From contig DASRGZ010000106.1 of the NCBI GenBank assembly GCA_035650735.1, forward strand, positions 1 to 32,451: a stretch of DNA of 32,451 nucleotides, read 5' to 3'. This stretch comes from Chthonomonadaceae bacterium (GTDB taxonomy: Bacteria > Armatimonadota > Chthonomonadetes > Chthonomonadales > Chthonomonadaceae). The notes beneath the pieces were generated by a model, which was not told the DNA's origin, made no database searches, and saw only the letters and a program-made list of their open reading frames with translations. Positions 1-9,805 of the stretch are shown one piece after another (positions within the stretch are counted from its first letter, which is position 1; the number at the start of each line of letters is the position of its first letter). Both the position numbers and the translations under genes were made by a program.

Positions 1-430
1 TCGGCTCTAAAAAAACGGCTGGGTCTACTTAGCCACGGCCGTAGACCGAGCCACCCGCTGCCTCCTGGGCTTTGCCGTGTTGACCACACGGATATTTGAT
101 ACCCTTCAGCCGCTAGTGGATGCCGCCCGCGGAGCCAAGCACTACTATAGCGATGGCTTGGAAACCTACCAGACCCTGCTCTATGCTACCGGAGAACATC
201 AGGTGGCTCCTGGCAAGAGCCAGACCTATTCGGTCGAGGGCGACAACGCCGACCTGCGCCATTACCTAGCCCGGTTGCATAGAAAGAGCCGTTGTTTCAG
301 CCGGTGTCCAAAGGTGCTGTGGCGGGCGGTCTGGCTGTTTGTGTATGCCTGCAACACCAGACAACTCAAGAAGCGAGCGCATCCAGCCTACAACTTTTCG
401 CTGATTGAGTGTCTGCCCGCATTAACTTAG
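1..430 (+). CDS. IS1-family transposase, C-terminal DDE part (5' truncated by window edge; -1 frameshift at 9-16)
   Basis: Frame 3 reads GSKK, then after the A7C run frame 2 reads NGWVYLATAVDRATRCLLGF...YYSDG...TYSVEGDNADLRHYLARLHRKSRCFSR. These are InsB-like motifs. Confidence 0.85.
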
Positions 431-438
431 ACACTCCC
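1..438 (+). mobile_element. IS1-family insertion sequence, right part
   Basis: Transposase followed immediately by TTAGACACTCCC (GGGAGTGTCTAA read from outside), the probable right IR. The left end is outside the window, so the boundary is unconfirmed. Confidence 0.65.
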
Positions 439-557
439 TGTTGTGATAGGAGCATCGCAACGGTTGCCAGTCTTTTTATCAGATGAAGTGTCACAAGCTT
501 AACAGAGTATCAACGCTCACCTGCTTGGCTTGGAAATTTGTTTTACACCGTTGGGTT

Positions 558-1835
558 CTATGGCTCTATCTGGCATGTGCGTCGGATTAGCGTATCGTAG
601 ATCGCCTCCATTCTGCGCGCCATCTGATCAAGCGTGAAATGTGCCAGGACGCGCTCGCGTCCATGCTGCCCCATGCGCGCGGCCCGCTCCGGGTCGGAGA
701 GCAGCGCGCCAATCGCCTCGGCCATCGCCACTGCATCGCCCATCGGAACCAGCAATCCCGTCTTGCCCTCCTCCACGATCTCGGGAATGGCGCCGCCGTC
801 GGTGGCGACTACCGGCTTGCCCTCCGCCATGCCCTCGATGATCACCTGGCCGAACGGTTCTCCAATGGTAGAGGCATGAACCAGGATCTCCAGGCTGGCG
901 ATCAGGTCCGGCACATCGTTGCGAAACCCGGTAAACTCCACGCAGTCCTCTAATCCCAGCGTGTGCGTTAGCGCGTGTATCTGCGCCTCATAGTCCTTTT
1001 CCGCGAACAGGGCTGCCCCGATCACCAGGAACCGGGCGGCGGGGAAGCGGCGGCGCACGAGAGCAGCCGCGTGGAGAAAGATATGCTGCCCCTTCCAGGG
1101 ACTGATGCGCCCGACAAGCCCGATGCGCCGCTCCATCGGCTTCGTTTCTGCCGCGCTTGCCTTGCGCGCGCCCTCCTCACTCTGCGGGCGTATCTCGGCG
1201 CCGCAGGCGATGACGGCGCAGCGGTGCTGCCTGGGATAGCGCAGCGTGGAAAGCGTGGCCTGGGAGTTCGTGACGATATAATCCGGCAGAACGCGGCAGA
1301 GCCAGCGGAAGAGACGCGCCACGCTCGCGGGCAGGTAGTCCTCGGCGATGCGGTCGTGGATATGCCAGATCACCGGCGTTCTCGCCAGGCGTGCCGCGCA
1401 CCCGCCGAGGATGTCTGCCTTGAGGGAGTTGGTATGGACGATGTCGGCCTGCTGCTGGCGAATGAACCGGGCCAGTTGCCGGATATAGGCCAGCGTGGCG
1501 AGCAGATCCCTGCCGCGCAGCAGTGTGCGCCCACCCAGGCCGTCCTTGCGCGCCTGAGTGATCCGGGGAGACAGCGACAGCACATGAGTTTCGATGCCCG
1601 CCGCGCGCAGGCGCTCGACCAGCGGGCCGTCGGAGGCGAGCACCACCAGCGGCGTATAGCGCGTGCGATCCAGGCGCGACGCCAGCCGCAGCAGGGCGAT
1701 TTCCCCGCCGCCCAGATTGGCCGTGTGGTCGAAAAACAGGATTCGCTTGCAGGCCGGCCCAACGGAAGTCAGGACAACCGGCGCCGTTTCCCGGCGTTGT
1801 GGGCCGCTAGAAGTTTTCTCTGGAGCGTGAGTCAT
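558..1835 (-). CDS. Glycosyltransferase family 4 (GT-B)
   Basis: ILFFDHTANLGGGE N-terminus, GRISPWKGQ and EPFGQVIIEGMA (EX7E). Start placed at MTHAPEK; the longer ORF overlaps the upstream gene. Confidence 0.9.
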   Translation of the reverse strand: MTHAPEKTSSGPQRRETAPVVLTSVGPACKRILFFDHTANLGGGEIALLRLASRLDRTRYTPLVVLASDGPLVERLRAAGIETHVLSLSPRITQARKDGLGGRTLLRGRDLLATLAYIRQLARFIRQQQADIVHTNSLKADILGGCAARLARTPVIWHIHDRIAEDYLPASVARLFRWLCRVLPDYIVTNSQATLSTLRYPRQHRCAVIACGAEIRPQSEEGARKASAAETKPMERRIGLVGRISPWKGQHIFLHAAALVRRRFPAARFLVIGAALFAEKDYEAQIHALTHTLGLEDCVEFTGFRNDVPDLIASLEILVHASTIGEPFGQVIIEGMAEGKPVVATDGGAIPEIVEEGKTGLLVPMGDAVAMAEAIGALLSDPERAARMGQHGRERVLAHFTLDQMARRMEAIYDTLIRRTCQIEP

Positions 1836-1948
1836 GGCAGGCCAGGTTGTTGTGCGCTGCCGTCGCAAACAGGCCCGACAGCCGGGGCTCCCTCTAAGCC
1901 GCCGCGCAGCGTTGGTTCGCCGTTTCCCGAGAGGAAGCGCCCGCGAAA

Positions 1949-3061
1949 TTACTCCGCACGAGAGCTGAGCACCCGGGAGGGGACAGGCGGCAAGGTGGCG
2001 TGCAGCATCTTGAGAACCTTCTGATAGACCTCCTCCACCGGCAGGTAGCGCAGGCACTCGTGCGTGGTACAGGCGATGGTCTTGCCCACGGTGAGCGAGC
2101 CGTAGCAGGGCGAGCAGGGTAGCTCGAGATAGACGTTCTCATGCAGCGGCCCCCACGGGCCGCCGATGTCCGGGTGCGTCGGCCCGAAAATTCCGACGCA
2201 GGTCTTGCCCAGGGCCGCCGCGAAATGCAGCGGCATCCCGTCCGTGGCGACGACTCCCAGGCTGGAGGCGATCACAGCAGCTAGATCCGCAAAATCGGTC
2301 TCCCCCGCCAGATTGACCCCGGCCCCGTCCGCCATGGCGAGGATCCGGTCGATCCCCTCGCACTCGGAGCGGTGCCCGATAAAGACGCAGGTGAGGCCGT
2401 CTGCGGCCAATCTGCGCGTCAGCCGCGCCCACTTTTCGGCGGGCCAGCGCTTGAACGCCAGCGTGGGGTCGCTGCCCACGGAAATGACGAGATAGGGGCC
2501 GTAGCGCGCGGTCAGGGAACCGGCCGGCCAGCGGGCCGACCGCTCCTCAATGCGGGGCAGGAACCGCGACACAGGGTTGCGTACCTCCCGGTGGCCCAGG
2601 CGGCGCAGCAGATCCAGGTTCAGGTCAATAAGGTGCTTATCGGGCCGAACCGGAATGCGATGGGTCAGACGGTTTTGAAAGCGTCCGCTCTCGAAACCGC
2701 AGCAGATGGCGGCCCCGGTCGCGCCGGCGATCAGGTTGCCGAAGGAGCCATGCGAGGCGAAAGATTGCAGCGTGATGTCGGCGCGCAGGAGGCGCATACG
2801 CCGCAGGCTCCGGCAGAGCGCGACCGGGGAGCGGCGTCCGGTCGGCGGCAGCGCGACTACCTCCTCCGCGACGCCCAGTTCTCGCGCGAATGCGGCGACG
2901 GCGGGGCGTTGACAGACAAAGGTGAAGCGAGCGTTCCTGTAGATACGGCGTGCCTCCCCCAGCAGGGGCAGGCTGAGAATGAGATCACCCAGAGCGGAAA
3001 GAGCGAGCACGACAATTCGTTCCGCGTGTGTCGGAGGCTGATCGGCAGCATCTGGTTCCAC
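1949..3061 (-). CDS. Glycosyltransferase family 9 (heptosyltransferase-like)
   Basis: LSALGDLIL, KRWPAEKW, NLAGETDF, TDGMPLHFAAALG and IFGPT motifs, plus a C-terminal LPCSPC...HECL. Confidence 0.9.
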   Translation of the reverse strand: MEPDAADQPPTHAERIVVLALSALGDLILSLPLLGEARRIYRNARFTFVCQRPAVAAFARELGVAEEVVALPPTGRRSPVALCRSLRRMRLLRADITLQSFASHGSFGNLIAGATGAAICCGFESGRFQNRLTHRIPVRPDKHLIDLNLDLLRRLGHREVRNPVSRFLPRIEERSARWPAGSLTARYGPYLVISVGSDPTLAFKRWPAEKWARLTRRLAADGLTCVFIGHRSECEGIDRILAMADGAGVNLAGETDFADLAAVIASSLGVVATDGMPLHFAAALGKTCVGIFGPTHPDIGGPWGPLHENVYLELPCSPCYGSLTVGKTIACTTHECLRYLPVEEVYQKVLKMLHATLPPVPSRVLSSRAE

Positions 3062-3102
3062 AGTTTTACTACCTCCGTTCCTCTATAGAATTGTCTTGCA
3101 GA

Positions 3103-4293
3103 TTAACGCGCGGTTCTGGATCGGCCCTCACTCCCGGCCCCGCGCTTCTGGCGCTGGCGTTGTTCTACTTTTCCCGCGTTCTCCAAGCCGGGGATAGGGA
3201 ATGAGGGCGAAACCAGTTCACAACAAAGGCGTTCGAGACGGCCTGCCAGCAGATCGTAATCGAAATGATCTGCGGCGATCTGCCTGGCCTGTTCCGTGCA
3301 GCGAAGCGGGCCGGGATCGGCCCGCAGTGCGCGCAGGTGCTGCGCGACACGGGCGGGGTGCTCCTCATCCCGAACGCCCCGGTAGGGCAGCAGGCAGCCC
3401 ACGCCCGGCAGAACTCGGCTGGCCTCGCCGACATCGCTGGCGATCACGTATTTACCGCAGGCCAGATAGAGCGGCAGCTTGCCGGTGGTGCGCACCCGGC
3501 CCACTACGTCGTTAGATTGGGTGGAGAGGCAGGCGTCCATCGCCCCGATATACTCCGGCAGGCGGTGGAAGGGCTGCGCCCCGGCGAAGATGATCCGGTC
3601 GGCTACCCCCAGTTCCCTGGCCCGCGCCTCCAGAAGCGCGCGACCGTCGCCGTCGCCCACGAGCAGCGCCTTCACTGGAGCCTCTTTCAGCAGGCCCAGC
3701 GCCTCCACGGCGTCCCAGCCGTAGCACATGCGGTGCCGCGCCGACCAGGCCATCGTGCCGATCACGCCGACCACCAGGCTGCCCGCAAGCCCCAGCGCGG
3801 CCCGCAGCGCCCCGGCGTCCACGGGCGTGACGGCCTTCAGATCCACGCCGTCTGGGAGGAACGCGACCCGGCGCACGCCCTGCCCCTCCAGTAACTCCTT
3901 ATGATAACTGCCCCGCACGACCACACAATCCGAGCGGCGCATGGCCAGCCGCTCGTTCCAGCGGATCAGCGCCAGTTGCCCGCGGGAATAGGTACCGCTC
4001 GACTTTGCCAGCTCATAGGCCGCGTCGCCCGTATCGGTCACCAGCCGGCACCCGGTCCAGGATTGGGCCAGGCAGCCCGCCAGCACGCCGGTATAGGCGG
4101 TATCCATCACATAGACAATGTCGGGGCGGAAGCGCAGGGCCGTACGCGCGAACGGCGGGATGCCCTTCCACTTCCGGGCCGGGCGGTAACAGGACTGTAT
4201 TGTCCAATCGCGCGGCAGCCGCTCGATGAAGGCGTCGGCCCGGTGCGCGGCGGCGCTTCGCTCGCTCCCATTGATTAAGAAGAGGAGTTTCAT
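3103..4293 (-). CDS. Glycosyltransferase family 4
   Basis: GT-B motifs LLVGDGDGR and TGKLPLYLACGKYVIASDVGE. Start at MKLLFLING. Confidence 0.85.
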   Translation of the reverse strand: MKLLFLINGSERSAAAHRADAFIERLPRDWTIQSCYRPARKWKGIPPFARTALRFRPDIVYVMDTAYTGVLAGCLAQSWTGCRLVTDTGDAAYELAKSSGTYSRGQLALIRWNERLAMRRSDCVVVRGSYHKELLEGQGVRRVAFLPDGVDLKAVTPVDAGALRAALGLAGSLVVGVIGTMAWSARHRMCYGWDAVEALGLLKEAPVKALLVGDGDGRALLEARARELGVADRIIFAGAQPFHRLPEYIGAMDACLSTQSNDVVGRVRTTGKLPLYLACGKYVIASDVGEASRVLPGVGCLLPYRGVRDEEHPARVAQHLRALRADPGPLRCTEQARQIAADHFDYDLLAGRLERLCCELVSPSFPIPGLENAGKVEQRQRQKRGAGSEGRSRTAR

Positions 4294-4321
4294 GACTCGG
4301 CTTAGTTGACGCCTCCGGTAA

Positions 4322-4396
4322 GCCTGCCGTGCTTTTGGCGGCAGGCTAAACCCGGCCGCTGTGGGGCCTACGGCCATCCGCCCACCTGCGTGGGCG
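4322..4396. repeat. REP-like palindromic element, family A copy 1
   Basis: GCCTGCC..GCGGCAGGCTAAACCC.GCCGCTGTGGGGC...CGCCCACCTGCGTGGGCG; matches 32172-32248. Confidence 0.75.
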
Positions 4397-4444
4397 GGAA
4401 AAGCCGCCGCCAGGAAAGGACAGTCAAGGAGCCGGAGGCGCTAA

Positions 4445-5563
4445 TTAGCGGGCGATCTCCTGATAGAGTTGCAGATGGGCCTCGGCGGTGCGCTCCCAGG
4501 TATGCCGCTCGGCCATCGCCCGCGCCGCCTGCCCCATGTCGGCCCGGCGCCTGGGATCTTCCAGGAGGCGCTGCAATGCCGACGCCAGGCCCTCCGCGTC
4601 GTTCGGATCGTCCAGGACGATCCCGCAATCGGATGTAATCAGTTCCGCGCCGCCCGCCGTGCGCGCCGTCAGGACCGGCAGCCCGGAGGCACTGGCCTCC
4701 AGCAGCACCAGCGAACAGGCCTCGTAGCGCGAGGGAAAGACAAAGAGATCGGCGGCGCGCATGATCTGGGGAATATCGCGCCGGAAACCTAAGAAATGTA
4801 CGCGCCCTGCCAGCCCCAGGCATGCCGCCATCTCCGGGTAGGGGCTGCGCTCGACGGACCCCACTACGGCCAGGTGTGCGCAGGGCACGCGCGCCAGCGC
4901 CTTGAGCGTCGTATCCAGGTTCTTGCGGTTGAGTCGGATATCGCCGACAAACAGTGCCAGCGGAACGTCCTCCGGCAAGCCGAGCGCGCCCCGGTCGCCC
5001 GTCCCCGGATGAAACTCGCGCGTGTCCACGCCGTTGTGGATGACTCGAATGCGCTCTTGCGGCACGCCGATCTCGATAAGCTGTTGGCGGATCAGCCCTG
5101 AGGAGGCCACGACAATGTGCGCCTGCCGGTACGCCGCCCGCTCCCAGAGGGCGTTCAGGCAGGAGTGCAGCCATTGGTAGGCCCCGTACAGGTCGTGACG
5201 CTGCCGGATGATGTGCGCCGGAGAGCGCAGCCAGGAACGGTGTACGAACTGGCAGTTGCTGACGGTATGGGGCTGAGTGACGACAAACCCAAAGCCCTGC
5301 ACGATGTCCAGCGCCCCAACCATCCGGCTGAGGGCGGCATTGGCCCGCCGCGTGAATTCCCAGCCTTTGAGCAGGTGCAGCCGCCGCAGTCGGGGCCGGA
5401 CGGGAATCCAGGTCGCGCCCATTAACTTCAGATCCTCGACCACGTGGTCGGCCAGCAGCCAGACCTTTACGCCGCGCCGCAGGGCGTGCCGGGCGATCTC
5501 GTAGCCGACGCGGCTCTGCCCGTCGCCCGGCATCACGTTATGGGTAATCAGCGCCAGGTTCAT
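4445..5563 (-). CDS. Glycosyltransferase family 4
   Basis: VIHNGVD, HFLGFRRDI and DLFVFPSRYEACSLVLLEA motifs. The ATG overlaps the upstream stop (ATGA). Confidence 0.9.
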   Translation of the reverse strand: MNLALITHNVMPGDGQSRVGYEIARHALRRGVKVWLLADHVVEDLKLMGATWIPVRPRLRRLHLLKGWEFTRRANAALSRMVGALDIVQGFGFVVTQPHTVSNCQFVHRSWLRSPAHIIRQRHDLYGAYQWLHSCLNALWERAAYRQAHIVVASSGLIRQQLIEIGVPQERIRVIHNGVDTREFHPGTGDRGALGLPEDVPLALFVGDIRLNRKNLDTTLKALARVPCAHLAVVGSVERSPYPEMAACLGLAGRVHFLGFRRDIPQIMRAADLFVFPSRYEACSLVLLEASASGLPVLTARTAGGAELITSDCGIVLDDPNDAEGLASALQRLLEDPRRRADMGQAARAMAERHTWERTAEAHLQLYQEIAR

Positions 5564-7062
5564 TGCGCCTCCTCCGCTTGCGCCCGATCCAGCGCGCCAA
5601 TGCAGAACCAGATGAGCAGGCAGGCCGCGTAGTGCCCGCCGTTGAGCCACTGGCCCAGGGAGGCCGCCAGAACGCCCAGGAGGCTCAGGGCCACCACGCT
5701 GCGGGCGCGGTGCCAGTAACGGAAGGCGTTGGTCAGGATCAGCCCACAGAGAGCCGCGTAGAGCAGCCCGCCCGCAAGCCCCAGCGAGAGAAACATATTG
5801 CTCAAGTCCACTTCGGTGCTGACGCTGCCCTCGCCGTACTTGCTGGCCGCCAGCGTCGTCGCGCCCAGCCCGCGCCCCAGCGGATTAGTGAAGCCTTCCA
5901 TAAAGCCGATGCCGATCAGGTCGGTGTGGATGCCGACGGTGGATTTCTCCGAGTCGAAGGGGTTGAGCAGCCCCTGAGTCTGATGGGCGACCAGTTCCTG
6001 AGCCTGCCCGCCGCCATTGACCTTCTCCACCTGCTGAAGGCTCCAGATCAACCCCACCGCGCCGACGGCCAGCGCCAGGCAGCAGCGCGGCAGCCACGAT
6101 GCGGCCCGCCGGCCCTGCACCGCTACGAGCAGGGCGCAGGTAAACAGCGTGAAGACAATCGGCCCGCGTATCCCGCTGTAGAGGATCGCCGCCGCCAGCA
6201 AAGGGATGGGCAGGAGCGCGGCGAAGCTGCGGGTGCGCAGCCAGTAGGCCCACAGAAGAACGATGCCGAGGCTCAGGAACGCATTGTATTCCGCCGCCGA
6301 CGTGAAGAAGGAGAACACGCGCTTGGTGTCGCCGACGTTGAGCGCGCCGTAGAGCGGCCCGGCCAGTTGAATCCAGGTCTCCTCGCAGGGCGCGAACCCG
6401 AAAAAGTTCTGATACAGGCCGTAGAGGGCCGCCAGGATCGCGATGCCCACCGTCAGCCGCAGCAGCTTCGGCAGGAACTCTGCCGTGCCCAGGTCGCGCC
6501 CGACGTAGTACCAGAGCAGCGGCACGATGTAGAAGAGCGCGCCGGCCGCGCCCACCTCCAGGCCGCCCTGCATCGGGTTGAAGATTTGCAGCGCCATGAT
6601 CAGGAGCAGCCAGGGCAGCAGCCGCGCCAGTCGGGTGTCGCGGGGTAGCTGCCGCGCAAACGCCTTGCCCCCGAAGATCAGGCCCGCCACCGCCGGGCAG
6701 ACCAGCAGCAAGAGGTCGTTGCCGGACCAGCCCAGCACCGGGATCAGGTACCGGCGTATCCCTCCCAGGAAGGCCAGGTAGGCCAGCGCGCACAGCGGAA
6801 AGGCCCCGGTGGCGCGCATGGAGAACAGGGCCACAAAGGCGCTTGACGCCAGTAGCGCGCGCCGGCCTCCGTCCGACCGCATCGCCAACGGAGCGAGGGC
6901 CAGTACCGCCGCCACCGGCAGGAGGCGAACGAAGGGCGCCAGACTCTGCCCGAATCGGGGCCTGCCGGGCAGGGCAATCGGATAGTGCGCCGCCGCTGCG
7001 GGCCGGTTGTCACCGTAATCGCCTGTCATGCTGTTCTGCCACCTGCCGATGGACCTCGGCAT
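5560..7062 (-). CDS. Polytopic membrane protein, Wzy polymerase / O-antigen ligase-like
   Basis: Many hydrophobic helices, RVFSFFTS, SGIRG and NPLGRGLG motifs, inside a GT cluster. Start uncertain (7062 or 7029). Confidence 0.7.
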   Translation of the reverse strand: MPRSIGRWQNSMTGDYGDNRPAAAAHYPIALPGRPRFGQSLAPFVRLLPVAAVLALAPLAMRSDGGRRALLASSAFVALFSMRATGAFPLCALAYLAFLGGIRRYLIPVLGWSGNDLLLLVCPAVAGLIFGGKAFARQLPRDTRLARLLPWLLLIMALQIFNPMQGGLEVGAAGALFYIVPLLWYYVGRDLGTAEFLPKLLRLTVGIAILAALYGLYQNFFGFAPCEETWIQLAGPLYGALNVGDTKRVFSFFTSAAEYNAFLSLGIVLLWAYWLRTRSFAALLPIPLLAAAILYSGIRGPIVFTLFTCALLVAVQGRRAASWLPRCCLALAVGAVGLIWSLQQVEKVNGGGQAQELVAHQTQGLLNPFDSEKSTVGIHTDLIGIGFMEGFTNPLGRGLGATTLAASKYGEGSVSTEVDLSNMFLSLGLAGGLLYAALCGLILTNAFRYWHRARSVVALSLLGVLAASLGQWLNGGHYAACLLIWFCIGALDRAQAEEAQ

Positions 7063-7065
7063 CAC

Positions 7066-8229
7066 TCAGGACCTTCCGCCTACAGCCGCGCGCCTTCTCT
7101 TGTGCTGTTCCGCCACCTGCCGGTAGACCTCGACCGTCTGCTCGACCATGCGCTCCACCCGGAAGCATTCGGAATAGCGGCCACCCTCGCGCCGCAGCGT
7201 TTCTGCCAGGGACGGGCTGCCCAGCAGCCGGATCGCAGCCTGCGCCAGCGCTGCACTATCGCCGGTCGGGACAAGCAGCCCCGTTTTGCCCTCGGCGATC
7301 AGCTCGCGGGGACCGTCGGCGCGGGCGGCGATCACCGGCGTTCCCAGGGCCAGCGCCTCCAGCAGCGTCAGCGGGCCGAACCCTTCGCTGGTGGCCGGAT
7401 GAATGACGGCGGCGGCGTCCCGATAGAGGGCGACTAGATCGGCGTCGGGCACAAAGCCCACGAACCGCACGCGATCCGTCACGCCCAGCCGGGCGCACTG
7501 CGCCAATAGCTCCTGCCGATAGCTCTCCTGCTGCGGCCCGCTGGCTTTGCCGACGATGGCAAAGACCGCCTGTGGATACGCCTGGAGAATGGCGGGGACG
7601 GCCTCTATCAGGAAACGGTGCCCTTTGTGCGGCTGCAAGCGGGCCACCGTCACAAAGAGCGGCCCGTCCGGCAAGCCGTAACACGCGCGGATGTTCGGCT
7701 GCGGCGGGAAGGCGCGCAGGCGATCAGGCTCGACACAGGCGGGAGGGATGACGGAGCGCGGGTAGCGATGCAGCCGGGGATAGCCGCTTTCCACGCGGCT
7801 TAGCGTGAAGACAATGTAGCTGGTGGGCAGACGCTCGGCCAGGTGGTCGACCATATCCCGCCGGTAGGGGTAGTCGTAGATGTGCCAGACCTCAGGCACG
7901 TTGGCCCACCTTGCGGCCAGGCTGCCGTAGAGGTGGGCCGCGTGGTTGCAGTGGATCAGATCGATCTGGGCCTCGCGGGTGGTACGGGCCAGCCAGCGAG
8001 CGCCCCGCAGGACGGCCAGCGCGTTGCGGTAGCGGTGCGCTCGGAAGGCGCAGGTCTGCGTTCCCTGCCCGCGCGCCGCATCGGCCAGGGGGCCGGGCCG
8101 CAGGCAGGCGAAGACGGGCGTGACGTTCCATTGCGGCAGGTACTTGGCCAGGCTCAGAAACACCTGCTCTGCGCCGCCGTGCTGCCCGACAGGTGAGGTT
8201 AGAAGCACACGGAGAGGTTGCGTATTCAT
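7066..8229 (-). CDS. Glycosyltransferase family 4
   Basis: GGAEQV, VARLQPHKG and EGFGPLTLLEALALG motifs. Start at MNTQPLRVLL. Confidence 0.9.
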   Translation of the reverse strand: MNTQPLRVLLTSPVGQHGGAEQVFLSLAKYLPQWNVTPVFACLRPGPLADAARGQGTQTCAFRAHRYRNALAVLRGARWLARTTREAQIDLIHCNHAAHLYGSLAARWANVPEVWHIYDYPYRRDMVDHLAERLPTSYIVFTLSRVESGYPRLHRYPRSVIPPACVEPDRLRAFPPQPNIRACYGLPDGPLFVTVARLQPHKGHRFLIEAVPAILQAYPQAVFAIVGKASGPQQESYRQELLAQCARLGVTDRVRFVGFVPDADLVALYRDAAAVIHPATSEGFGPLTLLEALALGTPVIAARADGPRELIAEGKTGLLVPTGDSAALAQAAIRLLGSPSLAETLRREGGRYSECFRVERMVEQTVEVYRQVAEQHKRRRAAVGGRS

Positions 8230-8278
8230 GATGACAGCCCGCGCGCGGACGCTGTAGCGTCGAGCGCATCCACAGGAA

Positions 8279-9415
8279 CTACAGTATCGCGGGACTGTTC
8301 GCCTCCAGAGCGGCCAGCAGCCGGGAGGCGATGCGATCCCAGGCAAACTCGCGTTGATACAGCCGGGAAGCTTCCTGTCCCAGCCGGGCGCGCAGGGGCG
8401 CGTCCTCCAGCAGGCGCAGCACGTGCGCGTTGAACGCCTCGGGCGCATTGGCGTCCGAGAGCAGGAACGCCCGCCCATTCTCGGCCCGGAGGCAGTCGTC
8501 CGTGTTGATCCCCGCCGTGCCGACGGTGGCCAGGCCATGCTGCAGGCCGGCCATCAGCGTCGTGCGCCGCGTCGAGATGCCGTCCAAGAACGCGGCCAGG
8601 TAGACATCTACGGCGGACAGGCGCCGGGAGACCTCTGCGGGCGGCAGGGGGCCTTCGGCGCAGGCCGGGATCGGGCCGAGGGCGGTCCGCACCGCCTCCG
8701 CGTCCGTGCCAGCGTAGAGCACCAGGACCTCGCGCCCGGTCTGGCGGACGACCTCCGCCGCCTCGCGCGCCCGCGCCAGCATCCGGGAGATATGGGCGGT
8801 GCCGAACAGGCCCAGAACCGCCGTGCCTTCCCCGATGCCCAGCCGCGCCCGCGCCTGCGCGCGCGGGAGGCACACGCGCCCAATATTGGACCCGACCGGC
8901 AGGTGCAGCACCGGCTTATCGGGAAACCACTTCCGAAACTTGCGGGCCCAGGGATCGATGGAGAAAAAGAGCCGGTCGGCGCAGCGCCCTAGCATCCAGA
9001 ACTGCCAGCGCTGCCAGGTGGTCATCACCGCCCACTTCCAATTGAGAACCGGCACGAAATGTTCATGCGCCATGATCGCCAGGCGCGTTTCGGGAAACCG
9101 GCGCTTCAGGGCGCGCAGCGCGTGCGGCAGATGAGGATTAAAGCCCCAGTGCCCATAGCAGAACGGATTATATTGCAGCAGCAGCCAATCCGGGCGATCC
9201 GCCGCCACCCTCGGCAGAATATGGACGAGGCTGCGCGGCTCGGCGGGCGAGAACGTCGGCGTAATCGTCACACCAGGGATAGGCGCATAAGGCCCTGCAT
9301 CCGTCAGGATGGTGATTTTGGCCGACTTGGCCAGCTCACCGGCCAGGTTGGCCGTGTAGTCGCCGATGCCGTCTAGTCGCGGCGGCAAGGCGGGAAAGAC
9401 GATGTGAATACGCAA
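8279..9415 (-). CDS. Glycosyltransferase family 4-like
   Basis: IHIVFPALPPRLDGIGDYT, LLLQYNPF, LPVGSNI and DGISTRRTTLMA motifs. Start uncertain (TTG 9415; ORF open to 9487). Confidence 0.8.
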   Translation of the reverse strand: MRIHIVFPALPPRLDGIGDYTANLAGELAKSAKITILTDAGPYAPIPGVTITPTFSPAEPRSLVHILPRVAADRPDWLLLQYNPFCYGHWGFNPHLPHALRALKRRFPETRLAIMAHEHFVPVLNWKWAVMTTWQRWQFWMLGRCADRLFFSIDPWARKFRKWFPDKPVLHLPVGSNIGRVCLPRAQARARLGIGEGTAVLGLFGTAHISRMLARAREAAEVVRQTGREVLVLYAGTDAEAVRTALGPIPACAEGPLPPAEVSRRLSAVDVYLAAFLDGISTRRTTLMAGLQHGLATVGTAGINTDDCLRAENGRAFLLSDANAPEAFNAHVLRLLEDAPLRARLGQEASRLYQREFAWDRIASRLLAALEANSPAIL

Positions 9416-9555
9416 GGTGTGGCTCTCAATTTCCCTCCGCTGCCGAGGTACAACATGCTGCCGGAAGCACCGCATAACCTTCCGCACGCCGTTTCGCCGC
9501 TTTGTGGGCGGAGCCGCCAGATTAGCTTTGTGCCAGGCGGCTTGGTAATCTTATT

Positions 9556-9570
9556 GCATAGATCGTGCCA
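9556..9570 (-). promoter_or_regulatory. Sigma54-type promoter (-24/-12) for the GT cluster
   Basis: Minus strand TGGCACGATCTATGC has GG-N10-GC spacing and lies upstream of the first GT gene. Confidence 0.6.
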
Positions 9571-9605
9571 AATGCGTGCCCGTATGCTTCCTTTGGAAAA
9601 TTCTA

Positions 9606-9687
9606 GGTAGACACTCCCAGCCGTGTGGATCAATCTTACGCAGCCTGCTGCTGAGGAGATACGTCAACACCGTTGGGAGCGATTACC
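9606..9687 (+). mobile_element. 82-bp MITE (family M1) copy 1, IS1-like ends
   Basis: GGTAGACACTCCC...GGGAGCGATTACC, flanked by an 8-bp duplication AAATTCTA (9598-9605 and 9688-9695). Confidence 0.92.
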
Positions 9688-9805
9688 AAATTCTACGGAT
9701 CATCGTTTTATGCGCGCAGGCAGGAATTCCGAAACGCAAGCGGAAATGGGGACGTAGTGTAATGTGGCGGCAAGGTGGATTTACCTGCCGGGCGTTTAGA
9801 GGAGA

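Noticed and set aside
975..8992. Long antisense or alternate-frame ORFs over the GT cluster (similar ones over mrdA, recN and the SBP gene)
   Set aside because: Shadow ORFs expected in high-GC coding DNA; no recognisable motifs.
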